A stretch of 64,000 nt of DNA, from assembly GCF_964204645.1 (NCBI RefSeq), contig NC_134035.1:11812451-11876450 (forward strand), given 5' to 3'. Position 1 is the stretch's first letter; every line of letters begins with the position of its first letter. This document shows, in pieces, positions 51,825 through 64,000 of this stretch. The translations under genes and the position numbers were made by a program. The notes under the pieces were generated by a model. It was not told where the DNA came from and made no database searches. It saw nothing but the letters and a program-made list of their open reading frames with translations. This DNA is from Tubulanus polymorphus. Lineage: Eukaryota > Animalia > Nemertea.

Positions 51825-52016
51825 GTCCCCAGTTCCACAGTCATTGCTATTGACTATATCAGTTATTCATATTCAAGTACGTACGCTTAAGGTTTGGTTC
51901 AGGAAAAAGGTGCAATTGTTAGTTAGATATCACTCGAAATTAGTATATTTTCAATTGATAATTTTCTATTCGTCAAAAGAAAGGCGCTTTCTAAAGTCAC
52001 TACTGTGGAACTGGAC
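51825..52016. mobile_element. MITE sharing the CCAGTTCCACAGT TIR with 32991-33106
   Basis: ccagttccacagt ... actgtggaactgg. Confidence 0.65.
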
Positions 52017-52868
52017 GTAAGGTATCTCGAATAAGGATTCGGTGATAAACAAAAAAAGATAACATCATTCGCATTGTGGGGAGCGACTCCGAGCCAGCCC
52101 AGAGATCGATATTCTTTATTGACTTAATACAATGACGTAATACGAATTTCATCGAATTTCACAGAATATATTCTTATCGTAAATATCACTAATAATGATA
52201 ATAATCATTATCCAAATGATAATGACATTCAACATACAATTCTCTCATTTGTAAATACTTATATTATACGTTTTACTGAATAAAAACATAACGAATCGTA
52301 AATTTCTGACGAGCCATCATGTCTTAATTATGCAAAGGATCAATAGAAATATTCATTCTCGGTGAAGAACGATCAGTCATCTTTGTTTTTTGGACGATAG
52401 GCTGCCGCATCACTCGATTCAAAGGTTTTAAGGTATTATGCTATAAACACTCTCCACGTACAGTGTTTTAACATACCACGAACCATTGATATTTCTGATC
52501 CACTCCTGGTAATGGTTTATCACTGTTTCGGCTATTTCGGTGTAGAATAAACTTTTTTAATGGCAAAAAAGCTTTAACCCTGAGTCTTATTTATGTAAAG
52601 ATCCCAGTCAGGATATGATGGCGTATATTTATTTATTTATTTCAATTAACGGGGAGCCCCTTTCTCCGTTCTCGCTCAGCCACGCCGCCGTAAATTTCGA
52701 AGTGGAAAGGAAACCCTCAGGCGATGGTATAAATACATGTAAGCCTATATACGCGCCTCACGCTTAATCGCGGCGTGCTTGTCCGGCGCGAAATGCTGTT
52801 CCGGTACGTATGCAGAGTTTGTCCGCGCGAAATGGTATTCCGGTGCGTATTCCGAACGTCACGTATTA

Positions 52869-55800
52869 TCAGCTAGGAGTCGAAGAGATCGACGTTGACG
52901 CCGATGATTTACTGCAACAACACGTAGTCACGACACCGTTCTGTTGACGAGCGGCGTCGGTGAACGAATACATTTTACTGGCTTCACTCGGCGGCGGTGA
53001 ATGTAACAAACAACCAGTCTGTGAGTCTGGTCTGTGTAACAGAAAAATCAGTTGATTACATTATAAACATACAAAGTCAGGCCCGGATCCAGATTTGAGC
53101 AGAGGGGGGGGGGTCAGGCACAGCGTTTTTCCAGATTTTTTCAAATATTTCAATGGAAAATGCATTCAAGAAAATGCGTGCACCACCTACAGTAATTTCT
53201 GGCAGACGCCGAAACAGCAATCGATATAGATTTGAATTGTGGTTAGTTTCATCATCGATATGATTGCTCAATCACAATCAGAAAAGTTTCGAAGACGGAG
53301 CATCGGGTCATGATCCCCTAAAACCCTTTTGTGTTCGCCCCTTCATAAATGCATTCATTCCGTTATCTTTAATTCGGGGTAATTACTTAAAATTCAGTCA
53401 AAGTAATTGAATTGTAATTGAATGATTGAATAAATTTGTTGCACCGGGGGAAAATGCGATTGACGAACACGATTCATCAAAAATCCTAGATTGCGAAATT
53501 CAGTTCCCCTGCTGCAGTTCCGATCTTATTCTGTAGATATTTATGGTATTTGAAGAAATTGAAAAATCAAAAATAATATGTCACGTATCTCAAAAGTACG
53601 GCAGTATGTCACTTAGTTCAGCGGAAGCAACATTGCGGTGATGCCCCACTAAAAGTGCGATGCTGCTTGGGGATTTCCTTAGAGTTTCATCATTATTATG
53701 TATTTATGACTGATGGATCCGCTGTAAAAGTTGTGTTTCAGTGAAACGGGCAATGTGAAGATGAGCAAAATCACTTACGTGTTTTTATGAATGTGAGAAT
53801 GCTGTTGGCGGAGTTCTTGCACGACGAAATCAATGTTCGGGTCGGATTTACGGCCTGCAAGCCAGTAGGTTTTCATTTCACCTTTACCCTGAAAAAAAAC
53901 CGATTTTGAATTGGTAGTAGATAGCGAGACATTGGATAGACTTGAAGTGATATCAAACAACAAAGGTGCGAATCTTCCGCGGTTTCCGGACGTAAACATC
54001 GCTGAACCTTGTAAACCTTTCGAGCGATTCTACAATATTCCAGTTCGAACGAAAACACCAACGCATAACTCCCGACATCCGGCTGAATAACGGTTATACG
54101 CGTATCACTAATGGAGGAAGAACGCGTAAATAAGTAAGACGTTCCAGGGTAAATCCATAAACTTAATTCTTATCATTAAACACAGACAGACAGTGTTGTA
54201 ATACAAGGTGAAGATATACACAAAGCTAGACGTATTCCACCTTCGCTTTTTGTTTTAGAACGTAAAAACATAGATAAGGCAGTCAGTTTATATTGGTACC
54301 TTTTCCACGCTGAAGGTATCGCTTCTTCGGGTGGACGAAATTGGGATTAAACTTTTTCCTGAAAGTTCAAATGGACTATCGGTCATAAAGTATTCAAGGT
54401 AGGACCAATAAACAATCGTCTCTGATCGTTAACCTTAAATGGCGACGTAATTTGGAAATATAAATAAAACGAAATTCTTACGATATTCGATTTATTGCCT
54501 CGGCGCAGGTTTGTCTAACACCGAAACAAAAGAAATTACGGTCACCACCGACAGAAACATGTACAAAATACGCGAAGATTAAGAAGACAAGATACGATCT
54601 ATTCAGACATATAAGCTGTAGTGGTATCGCTTTGTAAGTAAGTAAGTGAAGTGCTCCTAGATGAAAGATAAACATGTTGACATTCGATTTGAAAAAAAAA
54701 TGTTCTAGCGTCAACTCGACTGGAACCTGACGATAAAATCGATATTATTGCTTGTGTCGGGTGATGTCGAAGCTGCGCTAATGTGGCCACAAACAAAAAC
54801 ATCGAAAGAAATGAGAAATTAGAAAAACATCGATTGCTAAAACCGAATGAACACGATGCAAAGAAACAGGGAAAGGCGAAAACACAGCACAGAATTAATC
54901 ATGTTCGATCTCAAAAACATTGTTTCCCGAAACCGTGTTTCTCATTTGTTCGTACAACACACCAGACGCATGGAAACGCTCGGAAACATATTTCTGTCTC
55001 CTGTTTTCTTGTTTCTTTGCGTCGTTTTTTTATATGCCTAACGTGTCGTCCTCAATATTCCCGCGTACTGCTTTCAGATTTTGAACGTAATTTTACACGA
55101 TGGTGGACAAACGAACGCTTCTGCTGGTGTCGTTCGTTATTTTATCGATGAACACAGGCTGGACTTTCACGAGCATTTGTCGAACGACGAATTTCCGCAG
55201 CCTGCCGTTGAACCTTCAAGGCGAACACATGTGTCATCTGTTCGAATTGATCGAGAACGACGTTCGTAACACGCGCATGGACGCCGAACACCTTTATGGA
55301 GAGCTATTCACGTACGTACAGCGATTAAGTTTCACATCACCAGCTTTTACAGTTAATAATTACCGATCATTCACTCTATCTTCGTAGTTAGTTACTTCTT
55401 GACAGGTTTACGTGCTGCCAGGCACGACGCGGCGCTCTTCTGATTTACCGCAGCCCGACCGGCTGCAAATAGTTCGTGTAAATAAAGCTATTGTTCATCG
55501 CGGTTTTCTCGCTTAAGGTTCTAGTACAGTGTTTCAGAAACTGTTTTTCTAGAAAGTACCGGGTGCGGAGCCAATTTTAACTTAACCAAGAGATGAACGG
55601 AAAAAATAGCCGCGAAAAAAAATGGCCAAGGAAAATTAGATAAAAAATTAACTACCATTTCATGAACAAATTGAATGCATAGATCTTTTAACATGTAACT
55701 TCTTGAGATTACTAGATCAATTCCTGAATTAGTTAAGGTATTTTAGATCTGTTAAACCCTGGAATAGTTGATGAAAAAAGTTATTTCGCTTGGAATGAAG

Positions 55801-58800
55801 AACTTTTTCATCGAGTTCTAACAATGTGGAGTTTTAACGATTTCATTTTCAGCAAATTGAATGCATTTGAGAGTAAAATGGACAAGTTGGTGATGTACAA
55901 ACCGCGAGAAAAAGAGGATTTCAGTTCGGCAAGACGTCTGCCCGAGGATGTGATCAGCTTCCAATCGACAAGAGACATACCGTTAGCCGAAGGTGCGTTA
56001 ATAAAAATGACTACTAGGGCCACAGTTTTAACTTGAAACTGACCCACTATCATAAGACAAAGACCAGTGTTGAGATTTAAACACACTTTTGTACTTGAGT
56101 TTAAAGATACGTTTATTATTATTAACGATTTAAAATATGTTCACATGAAACGTTGCTATGGTATGGTGATAAGGTAGTAAGTAGATGTCGCAATCCTAAA
56201 CAGTTTCCGCTTACAAAACGTGATGATTGCTGCGAACCAGCCACTTCCAAGATTGAATGAAGCTACCTGTATAATCCTCGTTGTCACTTCGGGCAAATTA
56301 TCATTTTCGTCGCATTTTCAGATTGCGCCGAGCTGTACAACCACGGCGTTATCAAATCGGGAGTTTATCCACTGCGTATACTAGGAGGCGATATCGTGGT
56401 GGCGTACTGCGACATGAACACCGCCGGTGGAGGTTGGACGGTCTTACAGAGACGCGTCGACGGCTCGGTGAATTTCACTCGTAACTGGGACGAGTACGCG
56501 CGTGGCTTCGGCAACCCGAATCACGAGTACTGGCTCGGCAACATTCACGTCAACCGGATGACCACGCGTAGAAACTACACTTTACGCATCGACCTCACCG
56601 ACTGGGACGATATCACCGGATACGCCGAGTACACGCTGTTTAAATTGGGCGGCGAGCGACAGAGTTTTCAACTGTCCATAGGCGGATATACGGGTACGAT
56701 AGGCGACTCGATGACGAAATACCACCACGGGATGAGATTCAGCACGATGGACAGCGATAACGACGAATGGTCGAGAAGCTGCGCGAAAAAGGACAAAGCT
56801 GGCTGGTGGTATAAAGCGTGCGGGTACGCCCAGCTGAACGGTGAATATCACCGCAATTCGGGCATCATCGAACTAACGCCCGACGGTATAATCCACCGTG
56901 GCGTGCTCTGGTACCATTGGAAACAAAGTTACCTCTACTCGCTGAGAAAAGTCGAAATGAAGATACGTCCGTTTAAGAAAGCCGTTTAAAGGTAGCGAAC
57001 GGCCGCCGGACGGTTATCTATATTAAAATATGTGTCTACCATTGGGTGTATATCTAATAAAAATTACTAAAACCCTATAATCAGATGAAGTCACGATTTA
57101 GTCGATGATTCGAGTCTGAGAGGAGAAATGAAACATAGATCTTACCTTTATGTTAACAGTTCCGCGGTAGACGACGACGAAGTCCGATCCATGCAAACAA
57201 CGATTGCAAGTCTCGCTTACATGAACTTTGCCAGCCTTTAAGTGGAAATGGAGAAATCTGTAAAACATCTAACATTTTCGATAGATCGACAGGGTATAGG
57301 GGCTACTCACGATACTATAAGATTGCATTCGCGAAGCGGTATTTACAGTGTCTCCAAACAAACAATACTGAGGCATTTTCTGGCCAACTACTCCAGCTAC
57401 CACAGAACCCGTATGCATACCTAGAATATAGAAGTTTTTACTTAGGGAAATGATGATGGATTATTATCTTAAGTTTTATTCTATGATTTTTAGGACGACC
57501 TAACGAGCCATTGCGTCCAAACTGACGTCAGCACTTCGGATATAGGTTCCGGTCACTAAAATCATTTGAAACTCATGCATTTACCAACGCACTATAGGCT
57601 AGACAAAAAATCATACAGAAATGTCGGAAAATACTTAATCGAAAATCTTATACGAGTTTTGCATTACGAAATGAAGTGAAAAGGAATTTAAATTTAACAT
57701 AATTTGAATAAATGCAAGAATGTGAATACCTATTCTAACTGAGAGTGATGTTTGTCCAGACGTCGACGGGTCCTTTAGTTTATCGATAGCAGTTACGAGT
57801 TCTAAGGCTAGACCGGCCACTTCTGACGCGTGAGTCGGAGTCCAATCGGGTACACCGCCTGCAACCATGTATACAGCATCCCCTAGAGTCTCGACCTTTA
57901 CGAATGCAAAAAATGCTATGTAGCTACAGTAACAGGGAATTTGTATGTAGAAATGATAAGAACTACTGCAATAAAATATCATTTTTTGGTGTAGTTCACT
58001 AGCTGATCATCAGTGGTTATTTCTAATTCGTTAAAAAACAAATCAACATCAATAATAGCATAATCAGTAATGATATTTTCAACTATTTAAACTTACTTTG
58101 AAGACGTCGTATCTATCGGAAACTGTATCAAACAAACTAAACATTGAGCTGATCACTTCAACAGCCGACATCGGGTTCACTTTGGCGCAGATTTCCGTAA
58201 ATCCGACCAAATAACTAAACATAATAGTCACCTCTTTCAGCAACTACAAAATATCAGGCAATTCGATGAGACATTTCGATGACTTCCGTTTGGACGTGTG
58301 ACGTCATTGAAAGCTCGAGGAACACGGGAAGCGAGTACCTTGCAAGTATTGATCGAACTCTGACCAGATTTTAGACTGACAGCGACCGATTTCGGAATCA
58401 TCGAGTATAATAGCGATTCGCTCTTTTTCTTCCATTCGTCGAGTTGCGATAAATGTTCGGAAATCTGTTTGCATTTCTCCACTTGCTAAACGTGTAGATA
58501 ATTGATACTACTACATTAAATCGATTTCATAGGAAAGAGAAGAACTGAAGCAATATACCCGATAGCGCGGTCGGACACGAGATATGCGCAATATTTCAAT
58601 TTCTAGCGATTCTGATGGGTGTTTTATTTTTACCTTTTCTATCGAATATTCCAGTGTAGAAGCGTGCTGCCATCCGGCTAGCACCATATCACGGCTGTTA
58701 TCGTGCATATTCAAATCATTTATGTACAAACCGACTTCTTGCATTTCCTGAATGTTCGCCAGCCTATTTTAGAAATAAGAATAACACCATACAGGTTGGC

Positions 58801-61792
58801 TAAATCGAGAAGATACACAATGTCCGCGTGTACGATGAATATACGAGGGCAATCACTCAATAAATCAGCGAAAGATGAACAGTGTTAAAGTAAAAGAGTC
58901 TATATTTAGAGCTAAGTTTCGGCTAAAGACTAATCGCCATCATTAGTGAATTACCTAATCATTTGTTCGGCGATTTATTCGGCCAATCCGTCTTCGCGCC
59001 GAATTCGCCTTAATGTGTCAACCTCCTGGAGGACCCAGTTCCACAGTGTTTTGAGTTAGAGTTAACTCTGAGTTAAAGCTAGTTCATTTTCAATGAGTTT
59101 CTCAGAGTTGAATCTTAACTCGGAACTGTGGAACTGGACCCTGAATTCGATCGCAGAAGAAATATGCGGCGAATAATCTGCCGAAGCAACTCGCCTAGTC
59201 ACGAGCCTGTTACAAGCTGAAGAAGGCGGACACGAAGCAGCGAAAACGAAAACTTACAGTGGATTACATAGAAAAGCCATGGAATTCCATTGATGGATGA
59301 ATTTCATTTGACCTCTGAGTAGAAGATGGTATTTCTGACGCGATTTTTTCTGCGTAGACTTCGACGTTTTGTTATTATACGTCGACATATCGCGCAACGT
59401 TTCCATTTCGAATACAACTCGTTGCAAACAAAATATCTGAAAGCAAAAAAAGAAAAAAATTTTTTTCCTGAAAAATTCGATAGAATAAAAGAATAGAATA
59501 ATAAAAATGAAGTATTCAGTAAGCTTTTACATGCGATTAACTAAAAGTAAAAAGGATTATTAGAACACACACTTTTTAAATACTTTTTAAATACTTTTTA
59601 TTCATTCAACATGCAAAGAAGCATTCTGTGGGATTAGGAGCCTTTTGTGGGTTTTGTGGGAAAATATTTCCCTATTTGGACAGGTATCGGTGAAGCGCAG
59701 AGTAGTGAACCTTAATGATAATAGTATATCTATTTTCGTAAACGTTAATACATAAATTCAAATGAACAATCAATACTTTTTAATCACTTACGTGATACGG
59801 GTATGATGGTAACCTTTAAAACATTCGCCATAACGTGTGGCACTTATCGTATCTGCTTTCTATAGACTTAAAGCAATGTAATCATTCTTTAAGCGTTATT
59901 ACGTACGTTTTCCCAAGTGAACTCCATTCTTGGACGGCGTAAATGAAATGTATCCCTGATATCGGTTCCCGCGAGTTCGCTGGACTCTGTCGAGAGCAGC
60001 ATGTGAAGATTTTGGCCGACTTTTCTGATAACCATGTCGTCCTTGAATACTATTATGAACGGGAATATCTGAAATTCGTGAAGTGGATAATGGATTAATC
60101 CTAGCTCAACATAGCGCGACCAGGTTGATAGTAGTCGTTCCTGAATGAATTCGCATTTTCGTGAGAACTTCGGTTAATTTATCTTCCAAACCTCACCAAT
60201 CGCCCAGTGTTCTACTTGGCAATTTTTCATCTTTGCTCAGATATACATAACATGAACATTCAATATAACTCAAACTAATGAGACAAGCACCCCGCCCATC
60301 CCCCCTCCCCGTTACAAAAAGAAAGGATTGTCTCTTAAAACGATTGAATATTTTTTCAATAATTCTGATTATTCCAAGTCGATATAAGGATTCAATCGAG
60401 TTATTGAGGATTATTTTCTCATCTCTAGTAAATAAGTTTTGTCGGTATTCAACCAATATGTAGGGACCCAAAGACAAGCAAAAATATACATACATAATCG
60501 AAAAGCACTTATACAAAATGAAAGACAAAAGAAAGGGTTAATAACTTAGTAAAAATGGTGGCCATGAACCCGAAATCGATAAATTTAACCGTCACGACGT
60601 GACGTGACTATACTTCCCCAAAAAAACCTCGCGAAACCTCATTATTACCCGTTAATGTAGTTTATTGAGAAGAAACAGAAGAAACTAATCAAGCACGGGT
60701 TCACGTTGGATACGTTACCCATGAAATGAATAGCCGGTAATTTGTGTTAGCTATACGTCGTCGATAATTACATTGCTATGTATCTCTCTAAAGCTCATTA
60801 AAACCCATCTATACACTGATCAATAGTTTTGCGGGAATAACACGAAGTTTGTTCAGGGGGTTCCGCCGTCTGCGCTCTCACGAGACGAGCGCGATATAAC
60901 TAACAAACATTGCTATTATACTAATATTTTGCAACTTATCTATATACGTAAAATGATTAATTCGTTTTTGACACGCGGGGATGATTAATGACTTTATCGC
61001 TATTTGCCAATAATTCTTCGAGATTTCGATGTACGGAATTCGACGTTCTAGAAATTAATGTTTCTATCTCTCCCCCAGGTAAACCAACGTATCGTCTGAT
61101 GAGCTCGATCTAAAAAAGACAGATCGCTCCTGAGAACTTACTTTGAAAAATGTGTCTATTGGAATGGGCGAGAAGCGCGAAGCGGCGCTGATCAATTTCA
61201 AGTCCTGTTTCGGCGGCGTATACGCGTCGTTGTCGAAGTCCAGACGATAAACTACGTGGCAGGAATTCTCAGTCGAATGCTCGTCCAGAATGGCCACTTC
61301 GACGTCGACGTCGTAAAACACCTTCCCGCACGCCTTCAACTGCCCGATGACGTAGTGCGCGAATCCGACTCGTTTCGAGCGGTAGTGTAAAATACATCCC
61401 TTCTCGTCTTCGCGTTCGACAAAAAACGACGGACTTTTCAGTTTCGGGTAACTGAAGCGCATCGTCTCGTGCAGGTTGTCGATACCCTGCAGAAAGTCCC
61501 GATAATGCCGGCCGGAGATGCGCATGATTTTGTCGTAACCGTAATGCCGGAAAAAGTTGACGAAGCAGTCGCCGAAAAAAGACATGTAATCGTTGAAAGA
61601 CGTTTTGGCGTCGTCTTTGATGACTTTCGTGCAGGCTTCGGCGATTTTAGTCATATACTCGTTCGGGTATTGTCCGTGCGTGGTGAATTCTCGTTCCTTG
61701 GCGCCGATCACGTCGAGAATCTGAAGCCAAGTATCCTCGCCGTAAAGAGTTCGCATGTAGTGCTCGATACTCTCCAGCAGTATTCCGTACAT
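52869..61792 (-). CDS. Atypical soluble guanylate cyclase (H-NOX, PAS/H-NOBA, coiled coil, cyclase; Gyc-88E/89D-like), about 684 aa
   Basis: 11 phase-consistent exons: 61792-61142, 60068-59907, 59436-59258, 58763-58634, 58485-58339, 58243-58097, 57895-57730, 57420-57311, 57235-57146, 53888-53779, 53031-52869. Motifs [63 protein letters not shown]. Confidence 0.95.
53078..53342. mobile_element. MITE-like repeat, copy of 18066-18335, in the last sGC intron
   Basis: Near-identical internal segment to the 18066 copy. Confidence 0.8.
54855..55025. repeat. Palindromic dispersed repeat related to about 22833-22970
   Basis: Shared gaaacagggaa...catgtt...ggaaacacttgg/ggaaacgctcggaaacat...tctcctgttt. 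Confidence 0.5.
55100..56989 (+). CDS. Secreted fibrinogen-related domain protein (FReD; tachylectin-5/angiopoietin-like), about 339 aa, nested antisense in sGC intron 9
   Basis: Exons 55100-55311, 55853-55992, 56322-56989, phases 2/1. Signal peptide; DCAELY...YCDM...[20 protein letters not shown]...EYWLG...FST.D.DND...WWY..C...LNG; AATAAA at 57056-57061. Confidence 0.93.
59031..59143. mobile_element. MITE, inverted copy of 32991-33106, in sGC intron 3
   Basis: ccagttccacagt...gagttagagttaactctgagtta...cttaactcggaactgtggaactggaccctg. Confidence 0.85.
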
Positions 61793-61914
61793 GGTGGAAC
61801 ACGAACTTTTGTCCGACCAACGCAATTGCTGAAAAATAGAAATACAACAAAATAGATATTAATACATCGATCCGGGTATCTTTTTGCGAACCGAAAGCAG
61901 CCGGAATTCGTAGG

Positions 61915-62199
61915 TAAGTCGATTAATGGTCGGAGCTATTAATTGAACGCACTATATTTCGGACAGTGTCGGCCATCTTGGAACTAGGTCCGAACAACAG
62001 CGATCGTGCTTATTTGCGCGGTTGACCATTGACATTCAGTTTCGTTTAGTTCGCAAATAGTCGACTAACTCTGATAACCGAAGTTCGCCGGGATGGTCGC
62101 AGTAGTTCGGACCTAGTTCCAAGATGGCCGACATTGTGAAATGCGTTACGACCGAACTATAGCGCGTTCGGTTATTAGCTCCAACCACTAAGCGACTAA
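61915..62199. repeat. About 285-bp foldback with a perfect 29-bp inverted core
   Basis: tgtcggccatcttggaactaggtccgaac (61967-61995) is the exact reverse complement of 62105-62133; imperfect pairing extends outwards. Confidence 0.9.
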
Positions 62200-62385
62200 G
62201 AAAACCAAAATTCGCCCTGGAGTGACTGGAGAGATAGCATGCAAGATATCAATGTTATCAGTGGTTATTGGTAGAATAGCTACAATCAAACGTGAAGAGA
62301 GACGATACAATAAAAACCCACCATTTACAGATTAAAAGTATTAAAAACCGATAATTCATTGAATCAAAAAATATCAAATTGAAAT

Positions 62386-62516
62386 ACACGACGTTTCGAT
62401 CTCACCCCAGAGATCATCGTCAGGTGTGAGATTAAGTGTTAAAACGAGGGGTACATATAGAATTAATCTCACACGAAGACGTTTCGATCTCAACCTAGTA
62501 TAGAGATCATCGTCAA
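62386..62516 (-). ncRNA. Tandem pair of minimal type I hammerhead ribozyme motifs (Penelope-like-element type)
   Basis: Minus strand 62427-62386: ACAC-CTGACGA-t-GATCTC-tggggt-GAGATC-GAAA-C-GTC-GTGT. Second core 62516-62478: tTGACGA-t-GATCTC...GAGATC-GAAACGTC, with the first core C changed to T. Confidence 0.7.
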
Positions 62517-64000
62517 TTTAATAGCGGTATTTTACTGCGGCCGCGAATATCGCTTGTACCTCGAGGCTTTAATTACATTTCATAACGGTTCATCAAATTC
62601 ATAATGTATGATTTCGCGGATGTTTTGACGATCCGAGCCGTTCTTCTCGTCGGTTTGATGTCGGTTGACATGTCAGAAAGATGTGTCACTCTTGACTGAA
62701 CTATCGATGGTTCGATTCAATTTCTAACGGTATAATTGCGTAATCAATCTGAATCAATTTCATCTAATCGGCGTCGACTGGACAAATTGAACGAATCTAC
62801 ATTCTCTATCAAAGCCTAAAAATAGATTCCCTAAATCACTCAACTCAGTAGAAAGAATAGTCTTAAAAAGTATAGGTCGATCCCTTAATCTATTTTGGAT
62901 ATACGTTAGCGTTATTTCCTTTTCTACAAATTGATTCTGAAGTTTTATTTCGATGTGTGTAAATGAGAGACAACTTCTGGGGTAAATTCAATAAACTAAA
63001 GAAAAAAAAAAAAAAACGTCCCTTCGATAGCGCACGTAATATCTCATTTTAGCAAACGTTTCAAAGAATTAACTTACGCGTATTTATTCGACGAAAATGC
63101 TTAATTAGCTTTATCGAAAGAGATGTAAAGTTATTCGGTTCGGTAAATACCAACTCTGTTTCGTAGTTATGTTAATTCATTTTTAACTTTTCTAACGCTT
63201 CTGAGACCGAGATTCATTACATAGTTCTCATAGCTATAATGAATAGATAATACTGTGAAAAAATACTGATGTAATCTTTACTATCGTCCGCAGTGAAACA
63301 AGGGATGCAACATGCGAACATGAATATGAATTCATTTTCACTTCAAATATCAATTATAATATTGCATGCTTGTTGATTGAACACCTTTCACACTCCGCCT
63401 AACGTATTGACAAACATATATGCCGACAAATATGTAAGTTTCATAAGAATATGAGGATGATGATGTATTCTGTGTATACATGAGCAATCCTTACATGCGA
63501 ATAATATGACATCCTAACACGAAATTCCTTAGCGAGTCTAGATCCAACCCCAAAGGGCTCGTATGGGTACTTCAAAAACGATAATGTGTCAAATGCGTGT
63601 ATAAATTAGTATCTTAATAGTGTCTATAGATACATAAGAAAATATTTATTTCATTAGACGCTGGATTCAATAGATTATCGTTTTTGCAGTACCAACAACT
63701 CCTGCCCCTGTGATCCCAATTCGTATCGTCGCGATTCCATCTACGAAAAAAAAGATGTCCCGACAGTCTGACGTATATTCAGACGCATTAAGCCGATCGC
63801 CGAGCTATCAGTCGACAGAATTACCAATTCTACTCACCGACAACGATTCAACTGGTATAGACAAAATCAATTCACTAGCATCGTTTGTAAATCAAAGATC
63901 AAATCCATCATCGGACGACGGGCAACTTTTTTCCAGGCAAACGACGGGCGTGTGTGAACCCTGGTTCGTCTGCTATCGATGTTATAAGGGATACCGCATA

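Noticed and set aside
59792-59813. 22-nt candidate micro-exon in sGC intron 2 ending in GTAAGT
   Set aside because: Weak AAG acceptor and frameshifting; exons 2 and 3 already join in frame.
61793-61825. ORF-track N-terminal extension of the sGC, and of GPCR copy 2 at 9780
   Set aside because: Both begin at non-ATG codons; MYG at 61792 is the usual H-NOX start and 9792 matches the paralog's ATG.

Overview
Eukaryotic, AT-rich, compact-intron animal DNA; gene content and repeat style suggest a marine invertebrate, probably a lophotrochozoan (inference). Spliced models were built by hand from GT/AG signals and codon phase. In order: the 3' end of an unknown gene; a secreted two-domain thyroglobulin type-1 protein; a 3'-truncated BEL/Pao LTR retrotransposon; a tandem pair of intronless class A GPCRs; an FGFR1OP2/SIKE homolog; a 69-bp minisatellite; three tandem MS4A/CD20-like four-TM genes; a Smac/DIABLO homolog; a third GPCR; a Ly6/sleepless-like gene; a small Shisa-like membrane protein; and an 11-exon atypical soluble guanylate cyclase with a fibrinogen-domain gene nested antisense in one intron. 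MITEs, a LINE fragment and minimal hammerhead ribozyme motifs are scattered between them. The most striking structure is in DIABLO. It has two homologous, equal-length (132 nt), in-frame versions of exon 3, which look mutually exclusive. The intron before exon 3a is made entirely of about 24 tandem 37-nt GT...CAG units, each offering a decoy acceptor followed by an in-frame stop. The MS4A-like trio may share one non-coding leader exon or be operon-like. No database searches were run.
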